DNA of 64,000 bases, taken from Neoechinorhynchus agilis (lineage: Eukaryota > Animalia > Acanthocephala). Under the pieces are notes generated by a model that saw nothing but the letters and a program-made list of their open reading frames with translations, was not told where the DNA came from and ran no database searches. Positions 11,501 through 23,507 of the stretch are shown here, piece by piece. The stretch is from the NCBI GenBank assembly GCA_051530055.1, contig CM121342.1, positions 10,927,480 through 10,991,479 of the forward strand, given 5' to 3'. The position numbers were made by a program, and so were the translations under genes. Each line of letters starts with the position of its first letter. Positions within the stretch are counted from its first letter, which is position 1.

Positions 11501-14500
11501 TCCATAAGCTGGTAGACTTTGAACTACTCGAATGTAGAACTCTTTGAGTTTTTGGATATCGTCACTGAACGAAAGTTGACATATCTTTTGCCACTTTTTC
11601 TATATTTATACTAGGTGAACGTATCAAAAAAAGTTTCCTACCAATAGAAGAAGATGCTTTCTTCGACTTTCCAATCCAGTAAAGCAGCTAAAGCAGTTCA
11701 CAGATCGAAATGGATAGTGTTTGTTGAGGCAAGGTAGTAGTGTCGAAGAAGCCCGTCTTGGATTCAGCTCATTTAGAAATTTGTTCAATTGGTCTGACGA
11801 CGAGTCTTGTGATAGTTCTAAAGCAAAAAAAGAAATATTAAGACGCTAAAGCATTCACATACGACTCGAAGTTTCGTTGCATAGCAAATGGATTTGCAAC
11901 TGAATAGCAGCTAATGTTGCTTTTTCATCCGCGGAACAAATAATCTGTCCAGATTCAATTTGACGCTTCATCTACAACTTCATCTTTCATAACCATCTTC
12001 AACTACTTATCCACTGACCTCAAAAAATGTTTTTCCATTTCGTTTGTGCAACAAGTAACTCAAACTGTCGAAATTGGTTTGGCCGCCCTAAACAATACGA
12101 AGTAGACAGCCTAGGAGAAGCATAAAATCTTTTTACATTATCTGAGATGACTTTCTTAAGTGCAGGTATGACTGGATGGACCACAATCTTCAGCTTTTCA
12201 AGAAGGGTTACTAATTTAGAGAATTCTTCGTGAACCATGGTATCTAATACAATTTATAGAGACGATTTTTCTAATCCGAACCAGCCATCCTACCTTTCAA
12301 ATCATCTTCAAACTTCAAAATCCAAAACCGAATAAAATCGAGGATTTCAACGAGTGACTGATTATCATCCATTTGTCCATCTTTTCCCGATTTTACCGAT
12401 TGAAAATAAACGTTGCCAGAGTCGTCAAGAGACGTCAGGTCTGTAAGTGAGCTTTGTGATTCAAAAAAATCTTCACATGGATTACTGTCACTTCTTGGTG
12501 GCACCGGAGGACTCATTTTCGGATTATCGTGACTCGAGCATCCGAACGCTTTTTTGAACAATGATTTCCGACTTTTGGATAGAGGAATGTCAGAATTACA
12601 CCGACGAACGTTTTGATCGAATGGATTCAGAAGGGAATATTCATCTATGAAGTTCTTTTGGTTACCGAAACTCCTGGATAATAAAGATTTCAAATTAGAT
12701 CCAACGTTCGGTTGCGAGGTAGATCTATGCTTTGTGAATAGAGCAGATAGTGTATTTTTGGTCCGATTCGAGCGTTGACTCTGAGAATAATTTCGTTCAT
12801 CGTCGCTCTGAGCGTATTTTTCAATCGATGGCTTTTTCTCTGTCCATCTCCGCACTTTGAGATGCTGTGAGTATGCATTATTGGATACAGTATTGCGCCT
12901 CTTTAAGTCACTTGTGCCTTGAACTTGAAGTGATTGGTTCTGGCACTGCCGTATCTTTCTTCGGTCGTACACTTCTTGGGATAAGACGTTCGATAATCGA
13001 TGTCGAAGGACTCGAATAACTATTAGTGGATGGACAACCGAAGAAAGATAGGGAAGGTGTCTATAGCAGTCTTCAGATGGTGTGTAGAATCTATTTCCTT
13101 GTTTATCGACTACCACTTTTAAACCCTGAAAATTATGAATTCTTTTAAGCAGAATAATGTATACTCGCACCTTTAAGAATCTATCGATTATTTTCTCCAA
13201 ACTTATTCCGGCTATAGGCTGCCAAATAGTGGAGACGACCTGGTCGCCGACAATAGAGCTGTACAGTAGAAGGTCTTCTGATTCTGCGCAGAATTCGTCA
13301 AGCTGAGGTTGACTCAAAGGTCCACATCCACCTGCGTGAAGTGTAAATGAAAAGAATTCTCGATGTAGACAGTTTAGATGCAGTCCAAAAAGAAAAATTC
13401 AAAGATTGAATGATTTGGTTGACAGACTAATTTTAGAAAAATTAAAAGGTTACGAATTTGTGATTTTTTGCAAAAAAATTCAATCAACTAAAGCAAGCAC
13501 AAGCTATCAATGAAGCGAAACACTAAATTCGTATTTAAATTTGTGATTTGCATTAATAACTTTTAAATTAAATAAAATAATCGCTGTTTCTTTCAATTTA
13601 AAAATATGATTTTTTTAAGTTTCTTTTAAATATGTTTTAAAATTGCTTACCCTCAATATCTGATATATCGATTCCGATAATAAGCCTGGTTTCTTGGCCC
13701 ATATAGACAAGCACTCTACTCGTAAGCAGTATTACGTACTTCACGAATCTCCCTCCTAATGGTTTACTATTCAAATTTTTCGCTTGCTGAAATCGGCAAA
13801 GAAGATTCATGAGGGTTTTTGGGATATCAGCCAATATTATTGATTTATGTGAATTTGGATTCAGAGCGATACATCCCATGGCTTGTATGGCATTCGTTCT
13901 TGTTTTAGAAAATCTCATATTAGAACGAATGCGTTAGAAGGAGACAAAGGGTGTGTGGATCTGTTTTATGATTGAGGAGATCATTTAGAAGTTGAAGGTT
14001 GGTGGATGATGAGAGAAGTTTTTGAAAAGATTGGTAATGGGATAATATAGCCAGCAGGCGAGCAGCCATGATGGCAATGCAGTGATTGGCACAAGTGGAC
14101 GCTCGAGTAGACGGTGTGCATTTTATAGGTTCAGTTGTGCTTTTCACTTTTCTTGTGATGATTTCCAATAACTGTTGGGGTGTGATTGACTGTTGAAGTG
14201 AGGCAAACGGATCCTTGAGCGGTTCGGTAACGTTGTCGTTTGTATCGTGCCGTCTTCGTCTATTTGGGATCTTCTTTGTTCTAATGGAGAGTGGTAATGT
14301 TTCACTAAACAATAGTCCACTCAATCGATTATTTATTTCTTTGCCGGATATCTTCTCTTCCATAAGGAATTCAGCTCTTTTAGACTCCGGCAAATACCAC
14401 GATTTGTACTCCGAAGGGTGGAATAGGTTATGATGAGCATAAACGTCGAACAATCGATTTATACATGAGAACGCCGTGAATTGCAGAATATGGTTGTCAG

Positions 14501-16977
14501 CGTTGACTACCTCAGTCACAAGACTTAAAAGATCCTTCGTTTGGGTGTAGAACTTTTCGATGTGATTTTTAACATCCATATTTCTCACAAAGTCTTCGTA
14601 GCAACCCTACAAAAGCGATAGTCTTGTTATGAAAGCGAGAATTTTTTTATAGAAAATCAGACGACGGATATGAGAAAAAATACGCAGATAAGAAAATAGT
14701 TAAGTATTCGAGTCACCAGAATGTGTCAAATGGCTTATTTCTGCCAAAATTCTTTCAATTGGCATGTTGCTCAACAATTTTGATTACTAGAAATGAGCCG
14801 CTTTCTTACTATTTGGCGGAGTCGTATCAAATGATCTTGAGAGGGATCCAACCGCACTCATCAATTACGACTCGTCGGCAATACCCCCATTTCGCATTTC
14901 TTATCGATGCCATATCGTAAATAGAATTTATCCGATACCCTAATGATGATTAGCGCACCTAGTAGAAACGCCGTTTCTCGGAAAAATTCTCAAGTTAAAA
15001 AGAACACAGTAACTCAGGTTTTGATATTGCTATGTTCATCGGCGATTTTCGATTAGGAAACAGTTAAAGACCTCTTGCTACGAAAAGGTCAATGACCGAA
15101 ATCATTATTATGAGACATCAGTTACAATAGATCCAAGAAAAGAGCTGAAATTTCATAAAAGTTCAACATGTATCATCAATAGAATTGCCAACGATTAGTG
15201 TACAATAAACCGAATTTAATTAAGTAAAAAAGCTGTACAAAAATTCAACAGATTACTAGTTTTTCATCGGTTGTGATCGTCTAGAAATTAACAGTTTTAT
15301 ATCATTTCGAAAACTATTCAATTTTGATGAATAAATGGCTCATTGCGAGTTAGATATTTCTAAAGACACACATGAATCATTGTTTAATTTTTGTTGTGCC
15401 GTAAAATCGTACCTTAAAATTTCTTGCTATTTCAAACAAATTTTTCATTCAATTCGCATACCTTTATCATGTTCATAAGAAGTTCAGCAATGCTTGCTGA
15501 CTCCGAAGGTATTGTCTTAACCATCTCAGTAAATTCCCTTATATGTTGCGACAAGGTGCCAATCAGTTTCATATTGCACTCTGGAGCTCGCGCAATCGAT
15601 AAAAGTTTTCCCAATCTGCCACTCATGTAGTCGCTATGAGTGCTGCCTAAATGAACTATTTAGGCGAACGTAATGTGTGCAACGACAAAAAAGGAGGTTT
15701 CGTACCTTCACTTGATAAGACTCGGTGTCGGGATATATCCGATTTCCCTCCACGAAAACTGCCCTATTTGGTGAAACCGCCTCACGAAGATATAGACAAA
15801 AAACAACTCTTACTGCATCAGAAACGGGATTCATTTGCGATATTCCATCGATTGACAATCGATTACTTCCTGTTTCAGCGCTGTGTACCGGTTGATCGTC
15901 CATTTTTTGAGAACAATTCGATGAATGTTCATCAATTTCGTTTATTGAGCACAGATTGTTGCTCGAAGTTTGCTTCCCACCCGCTGAGAGTTTCTTTTTC
16001 TTCGACATGGTCGATTTTGCTTCTCGTTTGAGCCTCGATGAAATTCTTCGTCGAATCGAAACGGATGTGGAGTTCTGATTGTTTCTTCGCCGACTGCGAG
16101 TTCGGTTCAATGCGTCTTCGACCTCTCGATCAATGAATTCCTCTTGGAAAAGGATGATCTCAGGCCATATATCGAATGAAGATTGACCAAAAATATTTCT
16201 TAGATGTACTCGTGCGATATTATCTATCAACAGCCTTGCCATTTCTTCATTTTTTTGAAGACACGCTATATGCAGTGGTGTACATCCAAGTCCATCCTGG
16301 GAATTGACTCTTGCGCCATGTTTGATTAACACATTTACAGCTTCAAGGTTCTTGGAGTATATCGCAAGGAATATTGGTGGTAGGCAATGAAGATATTGAT
16401 CAGTATATACATCAGGAAGATCAGATTCACTCAAACGTTGAGTATCCCGTGGAATAGGTGGTAGCTGAGAAATAATCTGAGTTGTATCGGCGTCAACCCT
16501 ATCTGGATCCATTCCAAATCTCAAACATAGTTTCAATGAATTCAGAGCATTGTTTCTAATAGCTATGTGAACAAAATTTAATACCTTCGAAGAATTCTCG
16601 GTCTTCTCGTCCACGCGGTTCTTTTTTTTCCTCTCCAACAAACACCGAACTACATTCTTGTCGTCGTCGATAATCGCCTGTTCAAGTGCAGTGCTCGTAT
16701 AGAGCATATTGACGGACGATCGATCATCTCGGCTCGAGTGGAAGGATCCGCGATAGGAGCCCTTGTTGCGAGTGGTACGTGAACTCGATCTAATGTCTTC
16801 TCCATAATCAGAATAAAATTTTGTTGACGAATTGCTAGTCATAGAGCCCGCTGATGTCGCTTCTGACTCATGAAAGTGCTCGCAGCTACTGCCATAATTA
16901 GCACTTGATGGCACATTGAGCAAGTTTGATGAGTGCTGGCTGGATTGGAAGCTTCGAGCATCGAATGATCTATTCAT
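5558..16977 (-). CDS. PLCE1: Phospholipase C epsilon-like: ANK repeats, helical/REM-like region, FERM-like region, CDC25 RasGEF, PH, EF-hand, X, Y, C2 (more than 20 exons)
   Basis: X box [26 protein letters not shown] and [25 protein letters not shown] with both catalytic His. Y box [19 protein letters not shown] and [37 protein letters not shown]2 at 5900-6199. Ras[13 protein letters not shown]...[23 protein letters not shown]. Ankyrin GCTPLHIAC at ~16.27 kb. Most junctions traced as phase-compatible GT-AG. Stop TGA at 5558-5560 after [24 protein letters not shown]. Confidence 0.93.
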
Positions 16978-19579
16978 TGATCAGACAGCGAAAATCAGAA
17001 TATCAAAATCATCTAAGGTTCTAAGAAACGAGGTTGTGTGTTTAAAGAGAAACAGAAGATGGACTTTGATTCTCTGAAATGACAGATCCCAGAAGGGTGT
17101 TTGACAAGGTTGACAATTTGTCAAGGCAAAAACACAAACATGAGAACTTAGAAATTCGCATTTTTATCCATGACACATCAACTAATAAGGAAAGAGTTGA
17201 TCCCACTCCAATGAGTCCAAAACTTTTTGTATTCACCTTAAAACACGAGCTCAATCCGTAAAAGTAAATAAAATTACTTGAACCTCCTTACAGTTTAAAC
17301 TCTGTTACGGTAGACAGAAAGATGAACCTAATATTAGTTGAAAATGGTACTAATTTTTAATAAGCATTAATCTGCCACTAATTACAAAATGGCGATAATT
17401 GAAAAAACCCTCTAAAAACAAGCACGTCAATTTGCGTAGGTATACTCAATTTAAAAAAGGGGGGTTTTCGCGATGCAATAATTTATCAGGAAAGATATTT
17501 TAAAGATTTTTGATGACCATACGTTGTTTATTTTCAATAACCCCGAATGAAATTCTTTTCTTAAACTTGTCCACAAGTCAAGGACAAATTGTGCTAACTA
17601 ATTAAATACATGATAGATGCTAACCGTCCTTAAATGTCAATTCGTTTTTTTATGGGAAATGCTAAAAGCGATTCGATTGATTAAGACACATACACATTTT
17701 CTGTAGAAGTGAAATTAACTTTTCGTTTAAGTAACGATCGATAAGCAGTTGTTTAAGTAAAGAAAGTTTTCAGTTCCCAGGGTATTTTATAACGAATATA
17801 CAATAAAAGTCACGAGGATCCTAGAAACGCCTCGGACTATTGTACACCTTAAACAACCGAACCCTTATTATTGGTGTGTGTATGTTTTTCGATAGCCTGG
17901 ACTACTCACGAAGCGCACTTTCCATGAGTGTAAATATCAATGCTGTCAACGCGTTTCTATATCATGTTTACATTTCCCAGCCGGTGCCATATATAGGCGG
18001 CAATCTCGCTTAGACAGACGAAGGCATGTATTAGATATATCGACTCGATGATTTCCAAGTCTGACATTTTTGCGATGCTGCAAACATTAAGATTGCTCAG
18101 TGACCTGTATTGTGTTCAGTGACTGTTGACAGCCGTCGTGTCGAAATTAATGCCTTCCAACCGGTGAGCGGAAGGATATGCCGTCAAGCGGATTCCACGT
18201 ACTCCGTGTTTAACATAAGCAGAACGTCTCTCGGAAAAACGATGATAAATAGCGCAAAAAAGAAACCTTATATATTGTCGTCCATTTTCCATCCGTTGTT
18301 CCAGTTCTAGTGGAGATGAAGGCGTATTTAGAGATATTTCCGACGTATCTTTGCTAACGAGCAAGAGATAAACGTTTCGACGCGCATCGCATGCGCACGG
18401 GAATCCGTAAGTGATGAACCTCGAGTCGACGTGGAGAAACCCTGGAGAAGTTCCTTGACATCTAATCCGCCTTCTTGCCTTTGAAGGAGTAACTAAACAT
18501 TGGTTATAGAAGGTCAAATAAGCTCGTTCGGGATCTCATGTTCGTACCACCATTAGATTCTTTAATGTTAATGGGAGAACATGTGTCTAATGTGCTGTAA
18601 AATAGCGCATGCACTCATTTGGTGCCATTTGCATTCCAGGGTTTCTCGGCGACGTTTTTGCCTCCCTGATTGGCTCATAAATGTTGTGAGTCTTGAATAC
18701 GGTGATGGGAAATATGTAAAGTGGCATAATTACCACTAAAAATGAATCGATGTGAAATCAAAGATCAAATGGAGAAGACACAATATGCTGATGAAATAAC
18801 ATATATTGAGTTTTTGTTATAATGAAACCGCGAATCAGAAGAGAGGAGCCGATTGAATTCATTAGAAATTTATTTAATCACGTTTGGCAGACACGAGTTG
18901 CATGGCGTCGAAGAATAATCACTTTATAAAGACCACACTGGCTGATTTAATGTCATTTGCCGGGAAACAAATTGGATCCTTCACCCGATGATTCGCAGGC
19001 GTCCTTGATTTCGTGCAGAGGCCGTCGTATCTTTAACTCCGTCCTAGAGATATCTTCTCTATCGGCTACAAAACGCGTTCTTGATTACTGATGATAACAA
19101 TTATCAGCCCGGTTTTTGTAACTCTTTGTTTCTGGCACTATAAGTGGACTCAATTCTGTGCTGATTACATGCATTCGCTTTTAATCGAGAGCTTAAATCG
19201 TCTAGTGTTCTTTAGTAATTATAAAAACCTCTACCTTCGAAAAATCAACACGATTTGGCTAATGGTAAAATCACTATTGAAAACATGGACCATTACACCA
19301 AGACGGCAGCTGAGTGATCCACAGTGGGTCTCGTTTTTTTGTCGAAAACAAGTGAGCCTATAGATCGGAGCAACTGCTTTGCCTATGAAACACCAGCCAC
19401 AATTTGAGTATATTTTTGCTTCCTCGACTTTACCGACTACCAAAAAACACTCAGCCAACTGTCGTCATTGGGAAATTATGCTTGTGTGTACTACAAAACA
19501 ATTGAGTGTGATTTGAGCAAAACAAATCTATCTTCTCCACAGTATAAATGTTCGCTCGAACGTTCTTGTAACGGTAACA

Positions 19580-20491
19580 ATGCTCAACTGGGCCAAACGA
19601 GGATCAAACGCGCAAACAAATCCACCGCCACATCCGAGTCCTCCAAGTTACGGTTGGCGAAATGATTCGTTGGAAAGTGACCATGGTGTTTTTCAAGTGG
19701 AACCAAGTACACAGATAACGATTAAAACAAAAACAATCTTGCCCAAACAAGGACAGACTCACGTTCCATCAGCATGCAAGTTCATATCTAAACCTAGCAA
19801 GCATGGAGTCTCCACCGTAGCTGTCTACACCGTTCGTGGTTTATTCGATCCCAACACCGGGTACGTTCATGACGAAAGTGACAGTGGGTACTCGGATTTC
19901 GATAACAGACGACGCTCAAGCGGAGGCATCACTCAACACTTAGAAGGATACCTAAGTTCGCTCCCAAAGCCAACCAAAAACAATTCTACGTATGAGTACT
20001 CGCAACCGATGGTCCACGGGCAGAAACCTCCTGGGATACAACAGCCATTTCAGCAAAACAACAACGCTGATCAATCGAGATTCCATCAACCACAAGGAAA
20101 CGATCAGCCTTATATCAGAAAAGGATATGAACGGAATGAAGGAAACACGCAGCAGAATTATGGGGAGAGGGCTAATCAACAACAATTGGGCCACAACGAT
20201 GGACCTACCATTGAGCATCTCAGAGGCGAATTTCAACGATTAGCAGCCAGTGAAGGACACGGCCCACAGTCGATGAATTTCGCGAGCTTCCTAAGACTTC
20301 TAACGCGTGCATTAGGTGCTCAGCCAGACCAGGATACTGCTGGAAGTATTTTTAGACTTTTGGACACAAAATCAGATGGAGTTATTGATTTTGAGGAGTT
20401 CAGAGATGCTTATTGTCGATTAGTGGCGATAAATGCACCGAAACAGAGAAGGTTTTCGTGGCATAAGATTAATGAGAAAACAAGACTTTAA
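19580..20491 (+). CDS. EF-hand protein with a Q/N/S-rich disordered N-terminal region (303 aa; the 5' end may extend upstream)
   Basis: Canonical loop DTKSDGVIDFEEF preceded by a degenerate partner hand (HLRGEFQRLAAS...SMNFASFLRLL). Uninterrupted ORF starting at ATG. Confidence 0.75.
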   Translation: MLNWAKRGSNAQTNPPPHPSPPSYGWRNDSLESDHGVFQVEPSTQITIKTKTILPKQGQTHVPSACKFISKPSKHGVSTVAVYTVRGLFDPNTGYVHDESDSGYSDFDNRRRSSGGITQHLEGYLSSLPKPTKNNSTYEYSQPMVHGQKPPGIQQPFQQNNNADQSRFHQPQGNDQPYIRKGYERNEGNTQQNYGERANQQQLGHNDGPTIEHLRGEFQRLAASEGHGPQSMNFASFLRLLTRALGAQPDQDTAGSIFRLLDTKSDGVIDFEEFRDAYCRLVAINAPKQRRFSWHKINEKTRL

Positions 20492-20856
20492 CTTTGAAGG
20501 GAATATCCCTTGAGAATTTAAAAGAAAAAGCGTCTGCACTAGTGCCGGTTGAAAAATGATCATATGATAGAATAACGATAATTTTCAGAAGATATTATAT
20601 GCATAATGAACCCATATTTACCCATTGCTAGACATTTTTCAGCAGCACAAAATAACATTCATTTTCGCCGGCAATGCAACAAATAAAACAACGATGTCGA
20701 TTTGTATCATTTTATTAATTTTTTGCCTTTTAAATATAAACTCGCTATCGCATCAAAATTTCTGTTGATGTGACTAAGACTAAATAAATGGTAATGCAAA
20801 AATTGGTACCTATAAATAGCAGTTTTCGGGATCTGAGGGAAAAAACGCGAGAGCAT

Positions 20857-20892
20857 TGGCTCCGGCGGGGCTCGAACCCGCGACATCCGCAT
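20857..20892 (-). tRNA. tRNA 3' half only (3' anticodon strand, variable loop, T arm, 3' acceptor strand); isotype not assignable
   Basis: Minus strand ATGCGGATGTCGCGGGTTCGAGCCCCGCCGGAGCCA contains the B-box GGTTCGA in a paired T arm. A T6 Pol III-type terminator lies 11 nt downstream (plus 20840-20845). The expected 5' half (GGCTCCG...TCCGC) was not found upstream. Confidence 0.65.
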
Positions 20893-21719
20893 CGAATGAT
20901 GTGTATTTTCGAATAAAATTGAAGTCGGAATTACTTTTTAAAAAGGTTTAAGCAATCGGGAGAAAATTACGATATATTATTCCAACAGAGTTAACAAAAG
21001 CTCTTACGAGAATCTCAGATAAAATGATTGGTTATTAATTGCTAGAACGTTTCCCAATTTTAAAAGTTGAATCAAGGCTGAGTGTCGAATTTAGTCATAA
21101 AGGTCGCCGAATTTATTAGCGCATTCGAACATCAATTCCGAATTAATAAGGAATGCTTATAAAATTCAAGGACTATTCATCTTAGATTTACACGCATCAG
21201 CAAAATATTCAGAATAGGCAATCGTCACCGATTATGTCATATCCGCGATATAAATAAACACACAAATGTGCCGCTTCAGCAAAATTTTACTTTAATTACA
21301 ACGAATGAATACAATTGATCGAAAATGAAGATTAAGAACTCGAAAAAAATCTATTGATTTTGTTAAGATTTTCTTTTAAATGAATCGACTACGAACCGGC
21401 AGTCGATGAATTAGACAAAAAGACAAGTTGTGATATTGTTGTGATATCGAAGAAACCACTTCAGAGCAAAAAGGAAATCGTATACCTTTTTATCGATGCT
21501 CCTTTGTTTTTATTGCTTACCAATCTCCTAATTACTACCCCGCGATTTACCCACTTTCTATCAGTAATTAATAATAAATTTTATTGATCAAAGTAACTCG
21601 AACAAAGTGATGGGATTGTGGCCGTTTACTTTTCAGTGGATAACGGGTTGGGTAAGGTGGGAAAGTTCGCGGTTATTGGTGTAGGGAGGTTCGGTCTTTC
21701 CAGGTTCACTTCGGGTCTT

Positions 21720-21990
21720 TATATCCAATAAGTTTGGGCAATATGGAAAAAGAGCAGAGGTATATTGAAGTGCGAGGTTGAGGGAAGATGAAAGGAATTG
21801 GGATTGCGAATAATAAAATGTGGTAAAAAATGAGGTGGTGGGGGGCTAGAGGCGTTTTGATTGTTTAACGAAAATCTTATAAAGGCATTTGGTGAGCTGG
21901 GACTAAATGTATTGTTTGCGACTTGCCACAACAGAGCAGGCCCGGAAAAGGAGTGACTGGTCCACATAGTCGAAAGCTTTAGATAAATCA
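21720..21990 (-). mobile_element. 3' end fragment of the same CR1/L2-like LINE family
   Basis: IIRNPNSFHLPSTSHFNIPLLFF matches NTRNPNSFHPLSTSHLPIPMLLF at 945-1010 and the CGCAATCCCAATTCATTTCATC segment at ~60594. Confidence 0.75.
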
Positions 21991-22269
21991 AGTTGAATCA
22001 GACGGGTGACGTAAGAGGGGTTACTACCGAGGTTACGTAGCTGCGTGTCATAAATGCAGAGTACGGCATTCGTTGCCAAAAATCTGAACCGAAATACGAA
22101 CTATAGAGGCAATAATTTGTTGTTGACAAGTGAAAGAAGGCGAGATTTAAAAATTTCTCGATAATTTTTGAAAGAGCGGGCAGAATGGAAATTGGACGAA
22201 ATGATTCGGTGGAAATCGGATGTCCATTTTTCGGGAAGAACTATCACTTTAGCAGTTTTTAGGCATAAA

Positions 22270-23260
22270 AAGCTGTGATTTATAATGAGGGTAAAAGGTC
22301 TATGAGTTCAGGATGATGCGACGAAGAGCCCAGTTTGGGATTTCGGATTGAGAGGACGAATTTCAAGGTAATTTCTTGAGATACTGTAGTGTTTCGTATG
22401 ACGAAACAAAGAGCAGTACCGGCGAGTTGACAAAGATTGCGCGGAGTTTGAGGTGGGGCAATGACTGTAATCTGAGTCAAGGCAGAGATTCTCATTGATG
22501 GAATCTGGAAGATGGTTCAGTTCAGAAGAGGACAATTTGGAAAAGGTCTTTGACGGCCCTTCACCATGTTGAATTGTCACCTGAACGAATTTCGGGGGAA
22601 GGGAAGTTTTTACGGGCAACAATATTTTGTGAGATGGTACTTTTTGTAAGCGGATAAAATCATGGGATTTATTGCGATTTGCCTTAGATGTTTGATTTTG
22701 AATGAGTTGATTCCCGGGAGGGAATTTTTTATGATTGAGGTTTGGGAAGACATGGCCAAGGAATAGTCATTTGTGTTGATGGTGCGAATCATTGAATTGA
22801 ACAATTTAATAAAATTGTAGATGTTATGATATCGCTTATCTCAGAAGGATAAATGGGAAGATTTCATACGCTGAGGTGGGGTGGAGGAAGTGATAAGGAC
22901 AGAAGAGTGGTCAGAACTCTCAATGGGAGAGGAAGTTTAAAGACGGATGAGTAGGTTTCCATAAGTGGTGTTTACTTTGTCGAGGTGAGCGTTAAGACGT
23001 GTTGAGAACTCAAGTAGTTGACGCAACTCGGAGAAGGGTGAGAGAGGACCCAGGACACAGAATAGTTTGCGTGGAGTCTTTGAGTCAGGGCAGAGATTAT
23101 CATTGATGGAGGCTAGAAAATGTTTCAGTTTAGAAGAGGACAGGTTTGGGAAGGCATCAGGGTTGCGTAGACCGAGAGACATGTTGAACGAATTTTGGGG
23201 TAAAGAAAGTTTTTTAACGGGTAAAGTCAGGATATTGATTGAGATGAGCTCCTAGTAAAG
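22270..23260 (-). mobile_element. Two decayed CR1/L2-like LINE fragments (APE C-terminus and APE-RT linker)
   Basis: SPIESSDHSSVLI (APE SDH motif) at ~22900-22930. Linker motifs LPDSINENLC (~22490) and LASINDNLCP (~23095) resemble ILNSMNKNLCP in the 57-59.5 kb element. Confidence 0.7.
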
Positions 23261-23507
23261 ATATCACTATTAAAACGACTTAAAGAATCCTTCTCGGGAC
23301 GTTCTGATATTCCCCCCTCGTAATGATTTTCTTAAAATCCAGTAATTTCCAAAAAGGATTCCTAGCAAAGATGCCATTATTAAAAACGACTTAAAGAATC
23401 CTTCTCAGTTGGACGTTCTTGATTCAGTTCAAGTCTTCTGAAAGAATCCGTTGTCGATTGTTCGATGAACTACGCCTCAATGTTGAACACTTCTAGGGCA
23501 TTTTAAG

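Noticed and set aside
15413-15426. Possible micro-exon in the PLC gene (AG|CAAGAAATTTTAAG|GT)
   Set aside because: It is 14 nt and would break the frame; direct splicing of 15461 to 14607 is in phase.
18116-18517. 133-aa minus-strand ORF
   Set aside because: Could be an exon, but it has no motif and no traceable splice partners, so it is left unannotated.
19231-19665. ORFs 19231-19458(-) and 19468-19665(+), including an apparent MGNYAC myristoylation motif
   Set aside because: Both listed starts are TTG, not ATG, so the N-terminal Met-Gly is an artefact of the ORF track. No domain recognised.
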